The position numbers and the translations under genes were made by a program. The notes under the pieces were generated by a model. The model was given only the letters and a program-made list of their open reading frames with translations, searched no databases and had not been told where the DNA came from. Of a stretch of DNA of 64,000 nt, positions 18,317-29,580 are shown piece by piece. The DNA is from Emiliania huxleyi CCMP1516 (taxonomy: Eukaryota): contig NW_005201613.1 of assembly GCF_000372725.1 (NCBI RefSeq), forward strand, positions 92,290 through 156,289. Direction: 5' to 3'. Numbering within the stretch: the first letter of the stretch is position 1; each line of letters opens with the position of its first letter.

Positions 18317-19062
18317 ACAAAGGGTATAAAGGCGCGGTGGCCGGTGCGCTCTGGCTAGTGGTGCCATTTCCTCGGCGAGCCTAGCTTCCTTTTCCATCCC
18401 ATTAGGCAGCCTGGGAACGGGGTGTCCGTGGCGGTCAGAGGCAAAGCCTAAAGCCGTACGACGTAGTCGTAGGTAGAGGGGTGGTGGAATCACATGTCAC
18501 GGCTACTGCCGGCTCGACCCCACGATAGCCTCCGAAGGCTGACTTTGCGGCACCATCATCGGACGATGTCGACGAGTCGAGTCGCTCTCGCGGTAGCCAG
18601 ATGACCTCTCTTCCTAGGAGCATCGGCCATTGTGGCCGCACGGTGGCAGGAAAGCGCGGGGGAGGGCGCTGGAAGCAACACGGAGCTCCACAAAGGGTAT
18701 AAAGGCGCGGTGGCCGGTGCGCTCTGGCTAGTGGTGCCATTTCCTCGCCGAGCCTAGCTTCCTTTTCCATCCCATTAGGCAGCCTGGGAACGGGGTGTCC
18801 GTGGCGGTCAGAGGCAAAGCCTAAAGCCGTACGACGTAGTCGTAGGTAGAGGGGTGGTGGAATCACATGTCACGGCTACTGCCGGCTCGACCCCACGATA
18901 GCCTCCGAAGGCTGACTTTGCGGCACCATCATCGGACGATGTCGACGAGTTGAGTCGCTCTCGCGGTAGCCAGATGACCTCTCTTCCTAGGAGCATCGGC
19001 CATTGTGGCCGCACGGTGGCAGGAAAGCGCGGGGGAGGGCGCTGGAAGCAACACGGAGCTCC
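18317..19062. repeat. Head-to-tail tandem duplication, 373 bp x2
   Basis: Units 18317-18689 and 18690-19062, about two mismatches seen. Confidence 0.95.
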
Positions 19063-19453
19063 GTTGGAGACGTTTTCAAGATTAGCGTGTCAGAGTGAAA
19101 TGGGGCACTAGCCTCTGCGCAGTCGTTTTGCTGTGTCGCATTTTTGTCGGTACGGCTTTATATACACGGTATGCCAGACTGATAATAATTAATATAAATA
19201 GGTGATCAAGATGACTGAGGGACAGAGCGGTCTCAGTGTATCGTCTATCGAGAGTCTACGAAGCGAGAGCTAAATCATACGTACAGAGGTAGTACTCCGA
19301 CCGAAATACAAAATCAGTGTGATCCCCCCCGCCGCAGCCGGCGGCCAACCCCGCGGCCACAATCTCTCTCCCCCCGCCCTCTCGAACGAAAAACTGCGCT
19401 GGCATTCGCGCTTGGAGATCAGCATGAACAGTGCAGGGGCGCGCAAAGCCGCC

Positions 19454-21697
19454 TCATTTTAGCTCCGTCGCAGCCCTCGCGGCGCTTTCCGCGCGGAAGA
19501 GCTTGCCCACAACCGTGGTGATGGCGAGGAGGACGAGGAGGCCCACAAGAACCGACCCCGCCCCGAGGGCCAGGTAGGTTCGCGCGTCTAGCTGCTCGCA
19601 CGTGCTGCCCGCGAAGCCGCTATCGCACGCGCAGCACGGCGTGACCGAGCTGTTGACGTCCCCCGGCCCGCAGATGCGGTGGTCGGTGACGCACTGGCCG
19701 CGCAGCGAGCAGTGGCCGCCCGACGGCGGCGGCGGCGGCGGCAGGAAAGGCAGCCCCGTCGGCAGCTCGCGCGCCGCGCATTTCTCGCTGAGCGTCGTCT
19801 CGCAACTCCCAAAGAGGGACGGCTCCTTCCCGGCACCTGTCCAGTGGTGGCGCATCTGCCAAAAGATGTCTCGCGGCGCGATCGCGTTGATGTCGTCGCC
19901 GCAGGTTGTCGGCGTCGTGATGCCAAACCACTCCTCGTTGACATAGCCGTCGGGCGCGGCGTCGAGCTTGTACCTGTGGGGAGGGGGGCCAAGGCTCGGG
20001 GAGGGCGGTAGCGGGTCGAGGGCGGGTGTCGAGGGCGGGTGGTTGCGTCGGCGTGTCGGAGCTGCTCGTCTCCGCAAGAGGTGCCCCCAGGGGGTGGGGG
20101 TTGGGGGGTGGGTCCACGGGGAGGTCCACGGGGAGTCGGGGCCGGCTGCGCTCCACCCGCAGAGGTCGTGGTCGCTGGCGTTCCAGTTGCCGCAAGTCAC
20201 GTGCGCGTGGTCGTCGCAGGTGGCGACCGAAAAGTCCGGGTCGTCGTACGTCGGCGCGCACTTGGCCTGCGCCGTCGCGCCTTTCCAGTACTCGTCCACC
20301 CACGACATGAGGAAGCCGCCGACGGTGGCGCAATTCGGGTACCCGTCCTCGTCGGTCGACCCACGCTTGGCGCGGCCGCAGTGCTCCTGCAGCGACGAGT
20401 TGGACTGAATCTCGCGCGTCAGCTTGAGCGCGTAGTCCGCCTGCGCAGCAAGAGGAGGGGACCTTCTCGGAACCGTCTCGGAGCCCTCTCGGACCCTTCC
20501 TGGGCGAGGTGCCTGCGCAGCCTCGTCGACGTACGACCCCGACTCGTCGCCGAAGCGGTTGTAGCAGGGCGTGGTGGCCTGGGTGCCGCACACGTCGTGG
20601 TACGCGTCGACGCCGTACTCAGTGAGCAGCACCTGACGCGCACCGATCACACTCGCTCACGCTCCGCCGGCGGCCGGCGCGAGTGTGTGGCGCGCGGCGC
20701 CGGCTTGTCGGTCGCGTCGCTCATCGTGCCGAAAAAGTCGCCGAACGTGTTGCCGCGGTAGACCTGCGCCGTCCACGCATCGAGCGACGGCGCGAGGTGC
20801 CCCGCGCGGGCAACCTTCTCGTAGAGCGCGTCGACGTCCGCCATCGCCGAGACGATGAGCACGTCAGCCTCGGCCTTGGCAGCCTCGGCGGCCTGAGCGG
20901 GGAGCGAGTGCAGGTGCGGGTGAGGTAGGTCGGGTGGGCGTGGTGGGCGGGGGGTGGTGGTGGGGGGCGGGGCAGGCCCCGCGAGGGGGCGGGGTGCGGT
21001 GCTTGGGGCGGTCCCGGTGGCTCGCCTGGTTGATGAGTCCAAACAGGCGCGAGTAGACGCAGTACGAGGTGTTGTAGCACTGCGAGCCGGGGACGGGCGG
21101 CTTGCCCTTGTGGATCCAGCAGCCGCCCAGGTCGTCGTACCGCTCGTCCCACGCGCACGGCGCCGCCGGGTTGTGCCCGAGCTGCTGCAGGTAGCCGTTC
21201 CACACGCCGTTCAGCTCGTTGCCAAACGACCAGATGATGAGGGCGGGGTGGTCGCGATACTGGCGGACCTGCTCGGCGAAGCGGCGCACCACCTTGCCGC
21301 GCTGCTCCTCCGTCTCCACCGGCGACTCGCTCGCCTCCCCCATGTAAAAGGTGGCCATCAGCTTGAGGCCATGCGCCTCGACGGCGTCGAGGAAGTCGGA
21401 GTGGTCGTTCTCGGGGAGCCAGCCGTAGACGCGGAGCATGTTGGCGCCCATCGCCTTGATGAGCCGCAGGTCGCGCAGCCAGATGAAGGAGAAGTCGGCC
21501 GTGAAGTAGTCGCCGTACGGAGCAAAGTGGACCGAGGCGTTGATCGGCGTCGGGCTGTAGCAGATCCCGCGCACCTCGAAGGGCTGGCCGTCGAGGAGGA
21601 GCTGGCGGCCCCGCACCTCGACACGCTTGGCAGAGGCGCTGCCCGCGAGCACGAGCAGGCTCAGCAGCGACCGGGTCAGCCGGGCGTGGGTCGACAT
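19454..21697 (-). CDS. Secreted clan GH-A glycoside hydrolase with C-terminal EGF-like domain and TM anchor (multi-exon)
   Basis: Signal peptide; RDLRLIKAMGANMLRVY; acid/base WSFGNELN; nucleophile VLLTEYG; NEEWFGI; CACDSGFAGSTCE; TM helix. About four introns. Confidence 0.85.
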
Positions 21698-21839
21698 GAA
21701 TCGCGCGAGCCGCCTGCAAGATCCGAGAAGCTCGCAGAAAAAACCCGGGCCGCGGAACCGGGCATAAGTGGCATTTCTTTCCACCCAAGAAGCCCGTTTG
21801 GGGCGGGCGACCGAATATTCATTCTAGCCGCAATGCCTA

Positions 21840-23780
21840 TTAAAAATAATCGGGCAACTCCGCCTCTACGTCAGGGTCCAGCGGCTCATCGCAACGCGCG
21901 CTGTCGACATCGCTGGCTGCATCGTCATCGGAGCTCTCGTAGTCAAGGTCTTGCTCTCTCACAGTGAGCCCTAAGCTCACCATGAAGTCCGCGAGCCGGC
22001 CCGTTTGTGCCGTTTGCCCCTCAAGCGGGAGCACCCACAAGTGGGGGAGTGTGGGGTCACTGTACTTGATCGAGGTGTAGTGAAGTGCAGGGAAGCGTCG
22101 GAGTAGCTGCGTAAGGCAGTTGCCCTGCTCTAGCCTGGCCTCGCTTTCAACGATCGCGATGGATGGCGGCAGCGGCCCGTCCGGGCCCTCGAAATCTTCG
22201 CTGCTACCGAGCACGATGGCCCGATCGCTGACCGCGGCGCGTGGACAGGGCGCCGATGGAGCAAGCGACGATGGCGCCGCGGGCTGATGGTGTGCGCAGT
22301 GCAGCTCGCCGTCGCGCAGCGGCTGCGCGTGCACGTTCTCGGAGGAGCTCGTCACGGTGCAGCGCGCGCCGGACTGCGTCAGCCCCACGCAGCGCACGCG
22401 GTGGTGGTGGCAGTAGGGGCTGCCGCGACGGAGCGGGGCGGCATCGGCATAGCAGCAACCGCTCCACACTCGGCATCGGCCCTTGCCGTGCTTGCGCTGC
22501 CCTGCGCACTGCACCCCGGTGAACTTGTCGGGGTGATGGTGGCCGCAGTACCGCTCGCCGCGGCGCAGCGGTGCCGCGACTGCGTACGGACTATTGCGAT
22601 GCACCCGGCATCGCTCTGTCCCGCCGCTCTGGCGCGTCATCCCCTCGCATTGCCCCTCCGTTGACCACACGCGCGGCACCACCGCGTCGGTCAGCGCAGG
22701 CTGGCCCGGCGGCGGCGGCGGCGGCAGCAGCGCTGGCGGCGCGGCGCCATCTGCGTCCAAGCCACACTCGGGCAGCGGTGCGCTGACGGCCGCGAACGCC
22801 GCGGACACCCACGGCTGCGACGGCTGCAGCAGCGCCGAGAGGCTACCACTCTCGCGCCGGCGGCGCTGCTTCGAGGCAACACTCTGTGCGCCGGCTGCCG
22901 CGACTGCCACAGCGTCTGCATACCGAGCATGCGCTGCCGCCGCAGCTGAGGCCGCGCGTGCCTCTCCGATCGCATCAGCCGTGGTGGCCCGCTCGGCCGC
23001 CGCCGCCCATCCAGCTTTCGCAGCCCGGGCTGTCAATGTCCGCGCGAAAGCTGTAGCTGCAAGAGCGTCTGCCTCGGGCATGCGCCGCATCCGGTTCGCG
23101 TCAACCTGCGCTCCCAAAGCCTTGCTGCGCCAAAATGCATATGCTTGCACGTGCGTGGAATCGTCAGGAAGCGCCCCCCACGGATTGAAGCCCGCCGCCT
23201 TTGCACGTGTGAGGTTTAGCTCCATGAACTGCAGCGTGCTCCGTACCTGCTGCCCCGCTCTCGCTGCATCCCGAGCGTCGCGACGGTGCTGCTGAGCGAG
23301 CGACTTCTCGCGCTGCAGCTCCCGGCGATCGCGACGTCGCTGCTCCGTGTTGGGGTCGGCTGGGCGGCCGCGGGGCCGCTTTGCTGCTGGTTGCGCAGCG
23401 GGCGAAGCTAGGGCGGCGTCCGACACGACCGTTTGACGCTGCAGTTGTCTCTCCGCCTGCCGCTTGCGTGCCACACCTTGCAGCCGCGCCTTCTCCTTCG
23501 CGCGCCGGCGCTCCTTCATGAAGATCTCGTACGTGTCGTTTGGCGGCTCGTCGCCAAACTGCACCGGCCTCGTCTCCGTCCAGAGCAAGTACTCGCGGTA
23601 GCGCTGTGCTGCGGCCGGAGAAGGGTTCTCGCGCCGCTCTTGCTGTCTACAAGCCGAGACCTTGCGCAACCGCTCACGCTCGCGCTCTCGCCGCGTACTC
23701 GATGCAGGGACGTCGTCTGGAGCGTTCGCGTGGCGACTGGCGGCCGCGCAGCCCTGCGTGCCAAAAGTGCGTGACTCCAT
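21840..23780 (-). CDS. Hypothetical nucleic-acid-binding protein with AT-hook and three Cys/His repeats
   Basis: Intronless 646-aa ORF; KRPRGRP; three C-x-G-x(5-9)-RC-x-V...PLR-x-G-x-x-[YH]C-x-HH units. Confidence 0.7.
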   Translation of the reverse strand: MESRTFGTQGCAAASRHANAPDDVPASSTRRERERERLRKVSACRQQERRENPSPAAAQRYREYLLWTETRPVQFGDEPPNDTYEIFMKERRRAKEKARLQGVARKRQAERQLQRQTVVSDAALASPAAQPAAKRPRGRPADPNTEQRRRDRRELQREKSLAQQHRRDARDAARAGQQVRSTLQFMELNLTRAKAAGFNPWGALPDDSTHVQAYAFWRSKALGAQVDANRMRRMPEADALAATAFARTLTARAAKAGWAAAAERATTADAIGEARAASAAAAAHARYADAVAVAAAGAQSVASKQRRRRESGSLSALLQPSQPWVSAAFAAVSAPLPECGLDADGAAPPALLPPPPPPGQPALTDAVVPRVWSTEGQCEGMTRQSGGTERCRVHRNSPYAVAAPLRRGERYCGHHHPDKFTGVQCAGQRKHGKGRCRVWSGCCYADAAPLRRGSPYCHHHRVRCVGLTQSGARCTVTSSSENVHAQPLRDGELHCAHHQPAAPSSLAPSAPCPRAAVSDRAIVLGSSEDFEGPDGPLPPSIAIVESEARLEQGNCLTQLLRRFPALHYTSIKYSDPTLPHLWVLPLEGQTAQTGRLADFMVSLGLTVREQDLDYESSDDDAASDVDSARCDEPLDPDVEAELPDYF

Positions 23781-24787
23781 TTCCTTCTAGAGGCGTCTGG
23801 ATGCAGTCTTGGGTGGTAAAGGTGATAATCGGCGCCGCCCGCGTTCGCACGCTCCACCATCGACGACCCCTCATGGGCACAGCGGATGCCACAGCGCACA
23901 GGTGCCGCGCGAGGGCTGCCCTGGCCCTTGCCCCACCCACCATGTGTGTGGAGAAGTTGACCTTGCCTCACCTCACCTTAGGCGCCGCTCTCGCGTCGCT
24001 CGCGCCGCTGGCCGCCGCACGCCGTGGTGTGCGACGTGCCCCCCACCGCCGCCGCCCGGGGCGCTGTCCCGAGGCCCGGCGGCGACGTGGCGGCAGCTTC
24101 AGCTATTCCTCTGCGAGGCGGCGCGCCCGCTCCAAAATGTCTTCGTTGATGGGCCCGGGCTCCCTTTTTAGGCCCTCCGGCTCCGCGAGGCGGTGTCTGC
24201 TGGCGGCGGAGCGCGGAGGAGGCGGCGCCGTCGTCGAGACGGAGATGGCGGCCGACGTCGGCAGCGGCGAGCGGGCTCGCTAGGGCGCGCTCGCGCGGCG
24301 GCGAGGCGCCACGGCACGTGGCTGCTTGTCGCGGGCTCGTTCCGGCTCTGCGGCGCGGTGCGCGGCCGCTTGCTGCGCAAAACCACGAGCAGCGGCGCGA
24401 GCGGCGAATCCCTGCGGCTGCGAGTGCGACGAGCCGGGCCCGGGGCCGGAGCCGCGAGGAGTATGTGTGTAAGAGTGAATGCAGTGAAGAGAGCGACTGG
24501 AAAGCAAAAGTTGAGACATGAGAAAGAGGCACTAGACGCATGAAAGCATGTTTGACGTTACGCTCCGTGGATACGCTCCGCGCCCCACATGCACCCGGCG
24601 CGAGGCCGCGAGCGTGCTCGAGGCCATGAGACCACCACACATGCTTGTGTGACAGCAACACTAGCGCAGCGACAGCTAGCCATCCACCTCAGAGCGGGTG
24701 ATAGCGACCGTACTCGAGGATGAACATGATCGTGAAGAAGAGCGTGAACTGGGGCGTTAGGTCCACCTAACGACAAGCGGGAGGGCA

Positions 24788-25120
24788 TCAGTGTCGTGCG
24801 ACGGCGGCGGCGGTGGCTGTGGGGGCGGCGGTGGTGATGGTGGTGAAGCTGCTGGCGGAGGCGGCGAGGGCGGTAGCGTGAGGTCGGAGGCGGCGAGTGG
24901 CAGAGTGTACAGTCAATAGTAAGCTCGCCGGGTCGACGTATTTCCGTGAGCCATTGCCGTCGTCGATCTGTACTTCCTGCAGGACACCCTTCTTCATCGC
25001 TGGCGCCATCGCCCGGGGTGGTGGCGCTGTCATCTTGACGCCCTGCTGGAGCTTGGCGCTTGCTGGCAGGTGGTACGCGCCGGCGGAGGCAGCGAGGAGG
25101 CAGACGAGCATCCTCCTCAT
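24788..25120 (-). CDS. Short hypothetical protein with signal-peptide-like N-terminus (model uncertain)
   Basis: MRRMLVCLLAASAGAYHLP leader; downstream part may be spliced or truncated. Confidence 0.3.
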   Translation of the reverse strand: MRRMLVCLLAASAGAYHLPASAKLQQGVKMTAPPPRAMAPAMKKGVLQEVQIDDGNGSRKYVDPASLLLTVHSATRRLRPHATALAASASSFTTITTAAPTATAAAVARH

Positions 25121-25264
25121 CATTTGTCACGTCAGGTCACGTCAAGTGAAAAATAACCCGGTGAGCCCCGAAATCGCACAGCTTCTCCGGGTGGGCCCTG
25201 GGCTTAAAATTTCTTTTTGCATGCGGCGCGCGCGCACGCCGCCTCACAACCTGTGTATCTAGAT

Positions 25265-25711
25265 ATGCTGCTCGCGCTCGGCTCACTCCCACGCGATCTC
25301 GCCCTCGCGCGCGAGACGCTCCTCGCTGCACTGCCCGACGGCGGCGGCGACTCGGCAAAGTCGCACACGCTCACGTCCCTCTTCGAGGAGCGCATCGCGC
25401 CCGAGGAGCCGGCCATCTGGGAGAGCGAGCAGCCGGCCGAGGAGCGGGCCGAGAGCCTCGTCCGGCTCTCTCTCGGGCTGGACGCGCTCGAAGCGGAGGC
25501 GTGTGGGCCGCTGCTGGCGGGCGGCTCGCCCACCGCAGCAGATGGCCTGATCTTCCCGTCGTTTTGCCTCTACTACGAGGCGCTGCCCTCTCACTTTGGG
25601 TGGGAGGAGTGGACCGACGAGGCGCTCTTCTACAGGCGGCCGCGACTGCACGCCTGGTTTGAGCTGCTGAGGACGGAGACAGGCGCGGGGCGGCGGCGGA
25701 TGGATGGATGA
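25265..25711 (+). CDS. Glutathione S-transferase C-terminal-domain-like protein
   Basis: LDALEAEACGPLLAGGSPTAADGLIFPSF...RPRLHAWFELL matches the GST C-domain pattern. No thioredoxin-fold N-domain seen. Confidence 0.65.
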   Translation: MLLALGSLPRDLALARETLLAALPDGGGDSAKSHTLTSLFEERIAPEEPAIWESEQPAEERAESLVRLSLGLDALEAEACGPLLAGGSPTAADGLIFPSFCLYYEALPSHFGWEEWTDEALFYRRPRLHAWFELLRTETGAGRRRMDG

Positions 25712-27295
25712 GACGAAGCATCATCGTCGACGCCCGTGCCGTTATATAGGCATCCCGGTGGGTGACGTCGAGAGGCGGGTCCGCGGCGCGACGTCTCAGC
25801 TCAGCTTCGAATGGGCGCGCGTGCCGACCGGGGGGTTGACGCGAGGCCGTGGCGCATGTCACGCGGCCGCGTGACGCTCTCCATAGGCGACTCCGGTGCC
25901 GACCCGCTCGCGCCGAGGCATCAGTGGCTTCGAGTGATCGTCCCGCGATACAGGGCGTTGCGTGGCAGTGCAGGGTCTCTCGGCAGGGGGTCACGTGTGG
26001 TGGGGCGTCTGTGCACTACTGTGGGGGGTTCTCCACAGTGCACAGTGGAGAACGAAGAACGTGAGAGCTGAGTGTGGCCGAGCGTTTTGATCTCTGGGCG
26101 TGAGTGGGCGCCCGCCCGCCGCCTCTGAGGGGGTCGGGCCCCCTAGTCTGAAAACAAAAACAAGCTTCTCTCAGTCTCTCTCTCGCGGTATACACCCGTG
26201 TGTGTAAAGGGTGTGGATGCTGGGTTGAACAAAATCGGGGGAGGGGACGCGACCCACTTCGCCACAGACGGTCCCGCGCCTCGCCGCTATGTTTGCGGCA
26301 CGCCCCGCACCGTCCGCTGTGCCGCGTTTTTTGTCCGGAGTGAAAACTCCAACGCGCTCGTCGGTGGCGGCTTCCCTCAACCTGCGCCGCGCTCGGCGAA
26401 CCTCGACAGCGCTTTCGGTGGCATGCAGCTCTTTGCGACAGAAGCCTGGAGTGAAGCTCCTCTGCTGCTCACACACTCTGCACAGCTGACACAGCCTACT
26501 GTGCGGCTGCCACAGCTGTGACAGCGATGGGCTCGCCCTCACTGGCCCTCAGTCACTTGTGCTGCGGCTTGTGTGAGCGACACTGCTCGGCGACTGCCGG
26601 CACACTGTGAGACCATGGGTGTGAGGTAAAACCACGCTACCAGCGCTTGGTCACATCAGCCCTGAGGTCATATCCTTCTCCTCTGTTGATGGTAACACTT
26701 GTCTACTCGCTGGAGCCGAGCAGGAGGGCTTGGCGCACAACCCCTGTTCAACTCACCCTCCACACCCCGTAGCCGCAGAAATACGGGCGGCGCGAAATCG
26801 CACGTGTGGTAGTATGCATAAAGATTTCCCGTCGGCGCGGGAACACCTCTCTCGACTCTCGAACTCGATCTCTCCGCGCGCCGGCCTGCACGGCAGAGCT
26901 TCCACAGATCCGCGCGGGATCCGGGCCACGCAGCCCACCCCTCGCCGCTTGCTCTTTCTACTTCTAGATCTAGCCATCGGCATGAATGACGCCACTCCCC
27001 TTCCTCTCTTGAGAGACACCGCCTGCGCTCGGCACCGGGCAACGCCTACGGTACACAAATGCGCCTGCGGGCGGACCCTCACAGCTCACAGAGATGCTGA
27101 CGTATGTGTGCGCGCGGGCCCGTGGCCACGCGCATTTTTGCACGGGAGGATCGTGCAAGAGGCCAAGAGCGCACCGGAGAGGCAGCGCACGCTCCCGGCC
27201 AGCCCCCCCCCCCCCCCCCCGCGCTGCTTGCATCTTTTTTCAGACACGTCTCCCATGAGGTCCCGCTGCGCGGCGACCTGGCGGCGCCGGTGCGT

Positions 27296-28274
27296 TTACT
27301 GCGCGGGCGAGGTGAAGGTGTGGCCAAAGCCGTTGCAGCCGTTCGTGGCGTTTGCCGCGTCGTAGATGGCGGAGGTGTCTTCCAAGAGGGCCGAAACCGA
27401 GTCGGACCCGTCGTACACGCTGATACAATAGCCAAAGCCGCTGCCGCTCGTGTGCCACTCGACCTTGCTGTACTGGCTCGGGTAGTACAGGTCTTCGGCC
27501 GAGTTTTGCATGAGCACCCAGCCGTCTCCATAGGCCTCGATGCGGTAGATAGTGGTGCCCCGCGTCGCGTGGACCGACTCCCACGCGCCGTTCGAGATGG
27601 TGAGCGTCGCTCCAAAGTTGGTCGCCCATGTGCCACGGATCGGGAGCTCATAGGCAGTCAGGAGTGAGTGCGAGAACCGGCCGCCGCAGCCGTGCGTGGC
27701 GTTGGCCGCGTCGTAGAGCTCGCTCGTGTCCGCGAGCAAGGCCTGCGAGGCGTGATCCAGTCCGTAGATCGAGTCGCAGTAGCCCCAACCGCCGCCGGGC
27801 AGCGAGTGGAACTCGGTCTTGAGGTACTTGCTCGGGTTGTACGTGTCCTCGGCCGGCATCTGCAGCACTGCAAAGCTCGGCTCGTACGTCTCGATCCTCT
27901 TGACGGTGGTGCCCCACGAACAGACATCGTACCTGCAAAGGCGGGCAGAGGAAAGGTCGGCTGTCGCGGAGGCGGTGCGGTGCGCGATTTCCGGTAAAGC
28001 TCAATACGAGAGGGCGGCGCGCGCGCCAGAGTTCGTCGGTGACGGTCAGGTAGCAGCCATAGTTCGAGAGCCACGTGCCGGCGAGAGGCATGTGAACATG
28101 CTCCTCATCGTCATCGTCCCCACGGTTCGCAAGGCCGCCGGCGAGGCCACCGGCAAGGCCACCGACGCAGAGAAGGCCGACTACGCTCAGGGTGATGAGC
28201 CCCTTCCGCGACGACTTCGCCGCCTCCTCTTTCACGTTGACCTCTACCCCAATCTCGGCATCGCTGGCGACCAT
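27296..28274 (-). CDS. Type II membrane protein with two tandem ~115-aa domains
   Basis: N-terminal TM, then repeats GTW-x-[ST]N[YF]G..LT[VI]..RIE-x-Y..ED-x-Y-x-PS-x-Y-x-K-x-E[FW]H..GYC-x-S[IV]Y..DTS..YDAANAT-x-GC. GC-AG intron 27933-28026. Confidence 0.8.
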
Positions 28275-28428
28275 ATGTGCGCAGGCGAAAGTGGTGACGA
28301 CGCCCCGACTCTGGGCTGCAAAATGTGCCCGTCATTCAACAGTTGGACAACCTCGCACATCACCTTTGCTCGTTCGCCGTAATCGGCGATGTGCGCTGTG
28401 CGCGGCGTTTGGGGCGATGGGGGGCGTG

Positions 28429-28883
28429 TTGGGCTCGGCGAGGTTTTCCTCTCGCACCCCGTCTGTTTTCCTTTCCTTTTTTCTCTACAACACCCTCTCT
28501 TTCCCTCTCTCTTTTCGGAAAACTCCGAGACTCTTCTTCCAAACTCCGTGGAAATCGTCAAATTTTGGGCTCTGAGCCGAGTCTGAGGCTGGTTTGGGCC
28601 CAAAATCAGCCAAATTTTAGGCCAAATCGGCAAAATGCCGGGAATTTTGCGGAGAACCCGTGCATACCTGGAATTTACCCTGCGACCGCCTGGGTATTTT
28701 GTCGATTTCCTCAATTTTGCCTCAGATTTTGCCCCAGACCAGCTCTCAGACTCAGGGAAAACAGCGAGTTTCCAGAATGGAGCACCAAACACCCTCTGTT
28801 TTCCCTGGAAATTTCCGGAAACGCAAAGTGCTGGGGACCCTCTGTTTTCCTTTTTGTTTTCCGGAAAACCTCGCCGAGCCCAA
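28429..28883. mobile_element. MITE / non-autonomous DNA transposon (455 bp)
   Basis: Perfect 21-bp TIR TTGGGCTCGGCGAGGTTTTCC (28429-28449 / 28863-28883); flanking direct repeat GGGGCGTG (28421-28428 / 28884-28891); AT-rich interior. Confidence 0.85.
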
Positions 28884-28982
28884 GGGGCGTGTTATGTCAG
28901 GCGTCAGGGGTGTATGTGGGCACAGCAGAGCTCACTCAACGCACGGTTTGTTCGTCGCGACACACAACAACATTCAACCTCG

Positions 28983-29082
28983 CTGAGTGTTTAGGCGCCT
29001 AAACGAAAGGCAGAATCTGTACTGTTATTATTATCTCCTGAGTGTTTAGGCGCCTAAACGAAAGGCAGAATCTGTACTGTTA
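28983..29082. repeat. 45-bp direct repeat x2 containing a 16-bp palindrome
   Basis: ctgagtGTTTAGGCGCCTAAACgaaaggcagaatctgtactgtta at 28983 and 29038. Confidence 0.9.
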
Positions 29083-29580
29083 ACAGTACTGCGGACCACA
29101 GACGTCAGCTCCGAGGAGCAGAAGCCCGCGAAAAGAAAGAAACAATCCAGCCCCGGCCTAGGGAGGGATGGGACAGCACAGGCAGAGTCAGACCCCCAAG
29201 GATTCTCATAAATAGATAAATACAACGGACATCCCAAGCTAGGGCTGGGTCGAGGACAGACACGTCCCCACCTTTGCAGGATTTTGCAAAAGCGAGGGGG
29301 GAGGGCGCATCGCCGCGCGGAGGAGAGGGCTGGGCACAGGGCACAGGGGATCTCTCTCGCATAGGATATGCACTCGGCGGCACGAGGGCAAGGCTGGGCG
29401 TCCTATGTTTGTGCTCCCCCCCGGACCCCTCGCTCTCGGGCACTAACCATCTGACCACTCATCGACGGGGCTTGGCGAGCGATAAGGGACAAAATTCTTT
29501 TCGGCTTGCGGCGGCTTTCGCCGCCAGTGCCGGCCACTCTGCGCTGCCATCAGCAAGCAGCAGCTCATTGCTGGCCACTC

